Assembly (NCBI GenBank): GCA_038250445.1
Contig: JBBSCI010000001.1
Location: 1,524 to 65,523, forward strand
Direction: 5' to 3'
Source of the DNA: Candidatus Limnocylindrales bacterium
Lineage (GTDB): Bacteria > Chloroflexota > Limnocylindria > Limnocylindrales > CSP1-4
DNA: 64,000 bases
How positions within the stretch are numbered: the stretch's first letter is position 1; each line of letters starts with the position of its first letter. Below, piece by piece: positions 56,941 to 64,000 of this stretch. Below the pieces are notes generated by a model. That model ran no database searches, was not told the origin of the DNA, and saw nothing but the letters and a program-made list of their open reading frames with translations. A program made the position numbers and the translations under genes.

Positions 56941-58230
56941 CTAGGTTCGGCGAGTCCGCGATCGCCCTTGGGAGTCCCGCGTCCGCGCCAGGTTGGCGCT
57001 GGCGAAGTGGGCTTCCTTGAGGGCCAGCGGGGCCATCGGGGCGGCGAACGTGTCGCCTTCCGATTCGAGCTCGCTTACCATCCCGCGCAGCGCCGGGTCG
57101 CGACCCGCGTAGGCGCGGATCCGACGGCCGGTCGCATCGAGGACACGCCGGGCATTCGTATAGTCGCCGGCCCGGTTGAGGCGGACTGCCTCCTGTCGGG
57201 CGCGAGCGGCAAACTGGGTCGCGACCGCTCGATCGACTTCGGTGTCGCGTGCCTGGCCGTCGTTCGCGGCGTCGTCCGCGTAGGCCCACGTGAGGCGCGC
57301 ATCGATGGCCAGAGCGCGGCCGCCCGCGGCAAAGACACCGTCGCGGTCGGTCAGCCCGATGATCACGCCGGTCTCACGGCCGATCTCACCGTACGGGAAG
57401 GTGACTCGCAGGACGACATCGAGGACCTGTCCGGCGACGAGGTCGCCCAGCCCGACGACCGTCCGGCTGCCGCGCGGCCGGGTCGGCTGGGGCGAGATTG
57501 CCTCGACCCGGACGTCCTCCGCCGCGACGACCTCCAGCTCGACGTCGCGGGCGACGATCTCGAGCGTTTCGCCGACTTCGCTCGTGATGTGGTCGCGGGT
57601 CGTCGCCGCGTCGCGGACGAAGTAGAAATGGCCGCCGCCGGCGTCGGCCATGCCCTGGAGCATGGCCTCATCGAAGTCGGCTCCGACGCCGAACGTCGTC
57701 GTCGAGACGCCGCGGGTGCGGAGCTCGGCCGAATGCTTGGCCAGCTCGATCGGATCGGTCATGCCCTTGTTGGCGAGTCCGTCTGTGAGGACCAGGCAAC
57801 GGTTGACCCCGTCGGGGGCGATATGGCTCGCGACCTGCTCGGCGCCGCGGAGCCAGCCCTCGGACAGGTTGGTGCTGCCGCGGGCGTCGATCGCGTCTAG
57901 CCGCGCCATCGCGTTGCGGCGCGCCTCCGCCGATCCCGGCGTGCTCTCGACGACGAGATCGACCACGTCGTCGTAGACCACGATGCTGAACCGATCTCGC
58001 CCGTCGAGGTGCTCCAGGGCGGCCGAAATAGTCCGCTTGGCCAGCTCGATCTTCTCGCCCGACATCGAGCCCGACCGATCGAGGACGAACGCGAGATTGA
58101 CGGGCAATCGATCGCGCTCGTGGGTCGCCGGCGGGGCGGTGACCTGGACGAGGACGAATCGCTGGCTCCGACCGTGGGGCCGGATGAGGCGCCGGTCGGC
58201 GCGGGCGGTAACGGCGGTCTGGGTTGTCAT
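56941..58230 (-). CDS. VWA (von Willebrand factor A) domain protein
   Basis: Start ATG comp(58228-58230) MTTQTAV...; MIDAS LAFVLDRSGSMSG, TNLSEGW, VLTDGLAN; long C-terminal beta/alpha region; ATGA overlap with MerR stop. Confidence 0.8.
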   Translation of the reverse strand: MTTQTAVTARADRRLIRPHGRSQRFVLVQVTAPPATHERDRLPVNLAFVLDRSGSMSGEKIELAKRTISAALEHLDGRDRFSIVVYDDVVDLVVESTPGSAEARRNAMARLDAIDARGSTNLSEGWLRGAEQVASHIAPDGVNRCLVLTDGLANKGMTDPIELAKHSAELRTRGVSTTTFGVGADFDEAMLQGMADAGGGHFYFVRDAATTRDHITSEVGETLEIVARDVELEVVAAEDVRVEAISPQPTRPRGSRTVVGLGDLVAGQVLDVVLRVTFPYGEIGRETGVIIGLTDRDGVFAAGGRALAIDARLTWAYADDAANDGQARDTEVDRAVATQFAARARQEAVRLNRAGDYTNARRVLDATGRRIRAYAGRDPALRGMVSELESEGDTFAAPMAPLALKEAHFASANLARTRDSQGRSRTRRT

Positions 58231-58880
58231 GTCGGGTCCTCCTCGAGGAGATCGCGGGCGATCGACACGAGCCGATCGACCCGTTTGGCAAGCGGCCGCG
58301 GCAGCGGCCGACGGACGTGGAGTTCGATGTCGGGGGCGAGCGAGATGCGTTCCCACTGGGAGCGCTCCGTCGGTACTTGAGCCGGGGCCGGCGTCGGCGG
58401 GTGCGGTGCGCCAAAAGCCGGCACCGTCCGCATTGCCTCGATCGGCTCCGCGGAAAGCGCCTGGACACTCATCAGACGCGCAGGGGGCGCGGGCGGAGTG
58501 GACAGGCGCCCGGGGACCGGGGAAGCCACAACCGGGTTCGATCCACCCCGACTGGACCCGAGGACCCGCCGGATGTAATCGAGCGCCGAGTCCCCGGGAT
58601 CCGGCGTGTCCGTCGACTCCTCTGCGAGACCGGCGATCGTGGCGTCATCGAGTCCGGCGAGGCGCTGGCGGATCTCGGCGAGCGGGAGGTGCTCGCGCTG
58701 GAGCTTCCTGATGACCCGCAGCCGCCCCAGGTGAGTGTCGTCGTACTTCGCGCCTGGTCCCGACTGGCCCGGAGAGGGAACCAGCCCCTGCGCCATGTAG
58801 TAACGAACGGTCCGCGGCGTGACACGGGCCAGGTCGGCCAGCTCGGTCAGGGAGTAGCGGGGTAGATTTGCTTGCGGCAT
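58227..58880 (-). CDS. MerR-family transcriptional regulator with extended Pro-rich C-terminal domain
   Basis: YSLTELADLARVTPRTVRYYMAQGLV HTH; 217 aa. Confidence 0.8.
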   Translation of the reverse strand: MPQANLPRYSLTELADLARVTPRTVRYYMAQGLVPSPGQSGPGAKYDDTHLGRLRVIRKLQREHLPLAEIRQRLAGLDDATIAGLAEESTDTPDPGDSALDYIRRVLGSSRGGSNPVVASPVPGRLSTPPAPPARLMSVQALSAEPIEAMRTVPAFGAPHPPTPAPAQVPTERSQWERISLAPDIELHVRRPLPRPLAKRVDRLVSIARDLLEEDPT

Positions 58881-58918
58881 TGCCCCAATCTAACAGTGTG
58901 ACGTAACACTGTCAAGAT
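58881..58918 (-). promoter_or_regulatory. Near-consensus promoter with inverted-repeat operator for the MerR-VWA operon (likely leaderless)
   Basis: On minus strand: TTGACA (comp 58910-58915) - 17 nt - TAGATT (comp 58887-58892) - ggggca - ATG; inverted repeat ACAGTGT-N6-ACACTGT (58893-58912) spans the -35/spacer. Confidence 0.5.
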
Positions 58919-58929
58919 CGAGGACTACG

Positions 58930-60390
58930 TCATGGGCTCCAGAATCCCATCTCGCCGTCGGCGAGGCGGCGTTCGGCGGACCCGTCCTTCGGGAGCACGA
59001 CCACGCCGTCGACCCCAGCGTCGTTGACGAGCGGCAAGAGGATCGAAGCGCTATCGGGCGACCAGAAGCGGTGGCTGAGGGCGTACTGATCGAAGAACGG
59101 CAGGATCTGGAGGGCGAACAGGGGCGTGATTCGGATCTTCTTCGGTGCTCGGGCCTCGCCGGTCGCGACGTCGACGAAGGCGACGGATAGGTCGTAGCCG
59201 GGGGTGTCGGCGGCTGGGACGGTGGCGCTTGCCAGGGCGACGTCGTTCTCGCCCGGTGCCGGAATGCGGAGCGTGGCAATCGTCTTGCCGTCCGGTGACC
59301 AGAAGAACGCGACGAGCGACCCCTCCTGGACCGTTCGGACCGATCCCGTCGCGACGTCGACAATGCGAAGTGGCCCGATCGGCAGGTCCGGGGGCTGGAT
59401 ATTAGCCGCGGCCGGGGCCGTGAAGGCCAGGCTCGTGCCGGCCGGCGCGAACGTGAATGCGGCCAGGCCCGGGACCGGGATCTCATGTCGATTGCCGCCG
59501 TCGCGCCCCTCGATGACGATCGATCCCGACCCGCCACCGGTGTCGATCATGAACGCTCGGTGGCTGCTGTCGCGGCTGACGGCTGGGGACCGGAAGACTC
59601 CGGGCGTGGTTGCGTTCGGCTGCCCGGCAGCACCGTCGAGCCCGACCTCACCGAGGAACGCGTCGGTGCCGCCACCCACGTGGACGAGCGCGCGGGAGGG
59701 ATCGACCCAGTCCCAGTAGAGCGGTGAGCCATGGCGGACGATCGCGCCGGCGGAGTTGCCGTCGGCCGGAGCCACGCGGAAGGATAGCTCGGTCGGTTCC
59801 TGCGTCAGAAACGTGACGTTTCGACCGTCGGGCGTCCAGTACAGGTAGAACGGCAGGCTATCGGGGCTGCGATAGACGACCGTCGGGTCGGTCGCCGTCG
59901 CGGGGTCGGCGCCGCCTTCGCGAGCCTGGAAGACGTAGACCCCGCCGCCGCCCGTCCCGGTGCCGATAGCGGCGACGCGGGAGCCGTCCGGGGACCATGC
60001 CGGAAACTGGAGCTTCACGCCGTCGACCGGGTGGCGGAGCGACGAGCCACCATGATCGTCCATCGTCGTCAGTACGCCGGCCGCGTCGACCACCGCGATC
60101 CGGGCGGGAAGCGGCGGCGTCGATGCCGACGACGAGCCGCCGATGATCCGGACGAGGCCGCTGACCTGGAGCGCGGCGAGCAGGGCGATCGCGGCGACGA
60201 GCGTCAGGGCCACCGCGGCGCGGAGGCGGCGGCGCGCGCGCGGAGGAGGTGGCGGCGAGGCTGCCGGCTCGGCTGGCGCTAGGCTTGCCTCGGGTTCGGG
60301 CCCCGGAGGGGGCTGCTCATCGTCCATCACCAAACGATACGGCGCGGCTGCCAATCGGGATTGCAGGCGGTCCGTGGCTGCACGACGCAA
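58930..60390 (-). CDS. TolB-like WD40/PD40 beta-propeller protein with N-terminal TM anchor and Pro-rich linker
   Basis: TM LRAAVALTLVAAIALLAAL; repeated FPAWSPDG / YWTPDG / FFWSPDG / RFWSPDSA PD40 motifs; alternative start MDDEQPP (comp 60325-60327). Confidence 0.75.
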   Translation of the reverse strand: MRRAATDRLQSRLAAAPYRLVMDDEQPPPGPEPEASLAPAEPAASPPPPPRARRRLRAAVALTLVAAIALLAALQVSGLVRIIGGSSSASTPPLPARIAVVDAAGVLTTMDDHGGSSLRHPVDGVKLQFPAWSPDGSRVAAIGTGTGGGGVYVFQAREGGADPATATDPTVVYRSPDSLPFYLYWTPDGRNVTFLTQEPTELSFRVAPADGNSAGAIVRHGSPLYWDWVDPSRALVHVGGGTDAFLGEVGLDGAAGQPNATTPGVFRSPAVSRDSSHRAFMIDTGGGSGSIVIEGRDGGNRHEIPVPGLAAFTFAPAGTSLAFTAPAAANIQPPDLPIGPLRIVDVATGSVRTVQEGSLVAFFWSPDGKTIATLRIPAPGENDVALASATVPAADTPGYDLSVAFVDVATGEARAPKKIRITPLFALQILPFFDQYALSHRFWSPDSASILLPLVNDAGVDGVVVLPKDGSAERRLADGEMGFWSP

Positions 60391-60475
60391 GGGCTGGCCC
60401 GGAGACCGTCCGAGTCCCTTGTCGCGGTCGGTAACGGCCAGATGACGATGGGCGCCCGGCTGTCGTGACCTGAAG

Positions 60476-60634
60476 ATGCTGCGGATCTACATCACCGCGT
60501 CAGACCTTGCCACCGCCACGCAGCTCTCGATCTTCGCGCCGCTGTTCATCGTCGTTGCGATCGGTTTCCTCGTCGCGTCGCTGGCGACGATCGTCAAGCT
60601 CATCAAGCACGTCGATCCCGCTCCCACCGCCTAG
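60476..60634 (+). CDS. Possible 52-aa small membrane protein
   Basis: MLRIYITASDLATATQLSIFAPLFIVVAIGFLVASLATIVKLIKHVDPAPTA; single TM; below track cut-off; weak RBS. Confidence 0.25.
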   Translation: MLRIYITASDLATATQLSIFAPLFIVVAIGFLVASLATIVKLIKHVDPAPTA

Positions 60635-60743
60635 CTCTCAGCCTCAGGCCTCCGACGCCGCCGGTCCACATCGGGCCGGCGGCGTCGCTCGCACGCTGTA
60701 CACGACGACGATCGTCGAACCCTGATCGTCCACAATCGGCTCG

Positions 60744-61481
60744 ATGAGGATCGGGCTCCCGCAATCACGATCGACCGCCATCGCCCTGTCGGTGGCGGTC
60801 TTCGCGATTCCGCTCGCCTTCGCGCTCACCATTCCGCATCCGCTCGAGCAGCCCCTGGGCGTTGACTTCGTCCTGTATCGGAACGTGGCGGCGCGTTGGC
60901 TCGCCGGTGGCCCGTATTTCGAGCCCTATCAGCTCGCCGGGCCGTACGACATCCAGGCCGGCGACGTGCTCTATCCGCCCGTCGGTCTGCTGTTGTTCGT
61001 GCCGTTCGTGCTGCTCGCGGACGTGTTCGCCTGGATCCTGTGGTGGGCGATCCCGATCGGCATGACCGCCTGGGCGATCTGGCGGCTCCGGCCGCGACCG
61101 GCCGTCTGGCCGCTGCTCGCGCTGTTCATCGCCTGGCCGACGACCCTCCTCAAGACATGGACGGGCAACCCGGTCATCTGGAGCGTCGCCGCACTGGCTC
61201 TCGGAACGCTGTGGTACTGGCCATCGGTCTTCGTGCTGCTCAAGCCAAGTCTGGCGCCGTTCGCCCTCTTCGGGGCAACCCATCGGAGGTGGTGGCTGGC
61301 ACTCGCCGGTCTCGCGCTCGTGTCGCTGCCGTTCGGGTCGCTGTGGATCGACTGGGTGACATCGGTCGTCAACTCGCAGGGCGGTGGGGTGCTCTACTCG
61401 ACGCTCGAGATCCCGATGCTGCTGCTGCCGCTGGTCGCCTGGCTAGGCCGGACCCGGTCCGGGACGGCGCCGGATCCTTGA
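60744..61481 (+). CDS. Hypothetical polytopic membrane protein (7-8 TM; possibly DUF2029/GT87-like)
   Basis: 245 aa, Trp-rich TM helices; no catalytic motif identified. Confidence 0.5.
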   Translation: MRIGLPQSRSTAIALSVAVFAIPLAFALTIPHPLEQPLGVDFVLYRNVAARWLAGGPYFEPYQLAGPYDIQAGDVLYPPVGLLLFVPFVLLADVFAWILWWAIPIGMTAWAIWRLRPRPAVWPLLALFIAWPTTLLKTWTGNPVIWSVAALALGTLWYWPSVFVLLKPSLAPFALFGATHRRWWLALAGLALVSLPFGSLWIDWVTSVVNSQGGGVLYSTLEIPMLLLPLVAWLGRTRSGTAPDP

Positions 61482-61483
61482 TG

Positions 61484-62197
61484 TCAGTCGTCGTCGAATA
61501 GGTGCCGCCGCAGGAACTCGACCGTCCGATCGAACGCGAGTTCCGAAGCCTCCGCGACGTAGGCGTCCTTCGAGGGCTCCGCGAACCAATGGCCGGTCCC
61601 CGGGTAGCGGTGGAGCTCTACCTCACGATTGGCGGTCCGCAGTGTCTTTTCAAACGCCGCGAGGCCCTCGTCCGACTCGTAGTCATCCGTTTCGGCGAAG
61701 TGGCCAAGCACGGGAGTCCGGGCGCGGGTCAGGCTCGGACCCTCGATGGATCCGTAGTAGACGACGGTTGCCGCGACCTCCCGCCGCTGGGCCGGCAGCC
61801 ACAGAGCCCACGCACCGCCCATCGAGAAGCCAACGGTGCCAATCCGTGCAGCCGGGTCCCCGATGATCGCTCCGAGCTCGTCGACCGCCGAGAGGACGAA
61901 CGCATCGGCGATGTCCTCGTCGAGCGAGTCCGATAGACCTTCCGCCTCGGCGATCGTCGTCGCGATCTGGCCCGCGTAGAGGTCCGGTGCCACGGCCGCG
62001 AAGCCGGCATCGGCGAGGCGGTCAGCGTATGCGATCACGTCGTCGTTGAGGCCCCACCACGGGTGGAGGACGATGATCCCCGCGCGTGCCACCCTGGCTC
62101 GTGCCGGGGAACCCGGCAGCGCGAGGTGCATCGTCGTAGTCCGGTGGCCGATCTTCAGTGGCCGCCGGTTGGGGAGCGCGATCTCTTCGGTCGTCAT
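61484..62197 (-). CDS. Dienelactone hydrolase family protein
   Basis: IIVLHPWWGL...GTVGFSMGGAWAL (nucleophile elbow)...GTGHWF. Confidence 0.85.
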   Translation of the reverse strand: MTTEEIALPNRRPLKIGHRTTTMHLALPGSPARARVARAGIIVLHPWWGLNDDVIAYADRLADAGFAAVAPDLYAGQIATTIAEAEGLSDSLDEDIADAFVLSAVDELGAIIGDPAARIGTVGFSMGGAWALWLPAQRREVAATVVYYGSIEGPSLTRARTPVLGHFAETDDYESDEGLAAFEKTLRTANREVELHRYPGTGHWFAEPSKDAYVAEASELAFDRTVEFLRRHLFDDD

Positions 62198-62260
62198 TGC
62201 CGGACTCTAGCCGCTGATACCTGACAGACCACGTCAGGTAGGGGACATTACGATTTCACC

Positions 62261-63414
62261 GTGACCTTGACCAGCAAGACGGCCGCCGATTCGCCCGTGC
62301 TCAGCCGGCGTGCCCTCAATCGGGCGCTGCTCGAGCGGCAGCTGATGCTGAAGCGCGTCTCGATGCCGGCCGAGGCGGCGATCAAACACCTCGTCGCGAT
62401 GCAGGCCCAGGAGCCGTTCGACCCGTACACTGCCCTCTGGACGCGGCTCGAGGGCTTCCGGGCCGACGAACTGGCAGGGTTGATTCTTGACCGTCGGGCC
62501 GTCCGTGCCGTCGCGATGATGCGGACGACGATCCACCTCCTGACCGCGGATGACTGCTGGCGCTCCGGCCGGTTCTGCAGGTCGTGCAGGAGCGGGGCTT
62601 CACCACCGGAAGCCCGTTCGGGCGGCAGCTCAAAGGACTCGACATTGACGAGGTCGTCGAAGCCGGTCGAGTCCTCCTCGACGAGAAGCCGCGAACCGGC
62701 AATGCCATCGGCAAGCTGCTGCAGGAGCGCTGGCCGGATCGTGACCTCGCGTCCCTCGGGTACGCGGTCCGCTACCTGCTGCCGCTCGTCCAGATCCCGC
62801 CGCGGGGCATCTGGGGCAAGGGCGGACAACCGGTCCTCGCGACCGCCGAGAGCTGGCTCGGGCGATCCGTCGGGACCGACACGAGCGCGGACGCGATGGT
62901 CCTCCGTTACCTCGCGGCGTTCGGCCCGGCGAGCGTGATGGACATCCAGGGCTGGTGTTGGCTCACCAGGCTTGGGCCAGTCGTCGAGCGGTTGCGGCCG
63001 CAGCTGCGGACGTTCCGCGACGAGAACGGCAGGGAGTTGTTCGATGTGCCGGACGGCCAGCTGCCGGACCCCGAGACCCCCGCCCCGCCGCGCTTCCTGC
63101 CGACCTACGACAACATCGTCCTCGGGCACAAGGATCGAAGCCGGATCATCGGCGATCCCTCGGAATGGGCAGTCGCCGGTGGCCAGTTCGACGCGATATT
63201 CCTCCGCGGTTCGATCCTCGTCGACGGGTTCGTCCATTCGGGCTGGCGGGTCGAGCGGGATGGCGATCACGCGACCCTCGTCGTGATGCCGGCTAGGCCG
63301 TGGCCGGGCGGCCAACGCGACGCCGTCGCGGACGAGGCCGCGCGGTTGCTCGAGTTCCTGGCTCCGGGGGCCGTCCCCGACGTAAGGTTCGAGGACAACG
63401 CCGCCGGTAGCTGA
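62261..63414 (+). pseudogene. Winged-helix DNA-binding domain protein of the YcaQ/AlkZ (DUF1006) family, interrupted by a frameshift
   Basis: Frame 1 (62261..) [29 protein letters not shown]...[21 protein letters not shown]...[14 protein letters not shown]; continues in -1 frame [21 protein letters not shown]...[20 protein letters not shown]...PRFLPTYDNIVLGH to 63414; switch in ggccgg 62567-62572. Confidence 0.7.
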
Positions 63415-63423
63415 GGGGATTAC

Positions 63424-64000
63424 GTGAACGCTGAGATTCGTCCGGACGCCGAAGCGGAACGGGCAGCGGGCGGCCCGCCGGAGCCGGACCCGACGCCGGT
63501 CGCGCCCGAAACCCTCGAGACGCCCGAATTCGGGCTGGAGCCGCGATCCCAGGCGCCGAAGCGCGTGATCATCATCGGCGCCGGGATGGCGGGCCTGGTC
63601 GCCGCGTTCGAGCTGGCCCGCCAAGGACACGACCCGATCGTGCTCGAGGCGCAGAACCGGGTCGGCGGCCGGGTCTACACGATGCGCTCGTTCGCTCCGG
63701 GGCTCTATGCCGAAGCCGGGGCAATGCGGATCCCGCGGATCCACGACCTGACGCTCGAATACTGCAGCCTGTTCGGTCTCGAGCTGCGGCCCTTCGTCAT
63801 GGGCAACCCGAAGGCGCTCGTCTGCATCGGCGGCCAGCGGATGACGGCCGAGGACGCCACCCGCGAGCCGCAACGACTGCCCTTCGATCTGGCCGAGCAC
63901 GAGCGCGGCCGGACGATCGGGGAGCTGTGGGAGGCGGCGATCCTCGACCTTCGGCAGCTCCTCGACGAAGAAGGCGAGGCGGGCTGGACCAAGATCGTCA
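63424..64000 (+). CDS. Flavin-containing amine oxidase (FAD-dependent), C-terminally partial at window edge
   Basis: GTG 63424 after GAGGGGA; KRVIIIGAGMAGLVAAFELARQGHDPIVLEAQNRVGGRVYT dinucleotide-binding fold; runs off window so absent from ORF track. Confidence 0.75.
   Translation, partial: MNAEIRPDAEAERAAGGPPEPDPTPVAPETLETPEFGLEPRSQAPKRVIIIGAGMAGLVAAFELARQGHDPIVLEAQNRVGGRVYTMRSFAPGLYAEAGAMRIPRIHDLTLEYCSLFGLELRPFVMGNPKALVCIGGQRMTAEDATREPQRLPFDLAEHERGRTIGELWEAAILDLRQLLDEEGEAGWTKIV

Noticed and set aside
56527-57900. 457-aa plus-strand ORF over the VWA gene
   Set aside because: Antisense of the MIDAS-containing VWA gene; Arg/Asp/Gly-rich low-complexity product.
58535-58560. tRNA-like T-arm motif (gggttcgatccacccc)
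   Set aside because: Lies inside the MerR-family CDS; no acceptor or anticodon stems can be built around it; no tRNA genes detected in the window.

Overview
High-GC (about 70% by eye) bacterial chromosomal segment with an actinobacterial-type gene repertoire (F420-dependent LLM oxidoreductase, argCJB-argR-argG cluster, LuxR-STAND regulator, MerR/VWA pairs). Core content: a partial secreted subtilase; a translationally coupled arginine operon (argC-argJ-argB-argR-argG) with a palindromic ARG box upstream and repeat-rich intergenic DNA on both flanks; an O-methyltransferase; OsmC; an ABC exporter; methyltransferases; trxB; an HD-GYP/MFS operon; a polar-amino-acid ABC importer; a secreted amidase; ftsZ; a LuxR-type STAND regulator; a DUF1326/DUF2182 pair; dodecin; an M23 peptidase; an aminotransferase; a MerR-VWA operon; a TolB-like propeller protein; a dienelactone hydrolase; and a partial amine oxidase. 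Two accessory-looking segments with lower GC stand out. The first (about 21.5-26.6 kb) holds a membrane-anchored alpha/beta-hydrolase, a VapC remnant, two frameshifted hydrolase genes and a transposase remnant. The second (about 30.4-36.5 kb) holds a VapBC toxin-antitoxin pair, a NERD-SF1 helicase fusion and an Mrr-like nuclease with an unknown partner, and it abuts an N-terminally truncated VWA-PKD-FN3-BNR gene. The best candidate for an undescribed system lies at 17.0-20.8 kb. A large membrane-embedded STAND (NB-ARC-like) NTPase is translationally coupled to a small protein that carries the same ~30-aa N-terminal motif plus a glycine-zipper helix, and this pair is followed by an internally duplicated 8-TM protein. 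At least four genes show frame shifts, two at T/A homopolymers and one at a GGCCGG GC-run; the fourth has no homopolymer located. This pattern means either indel errors in the assembly or pseudogene formation. The ORF track omits ORFs that run off the window ends (subtilase, amine oxidase) and ORFs under 60 aa.
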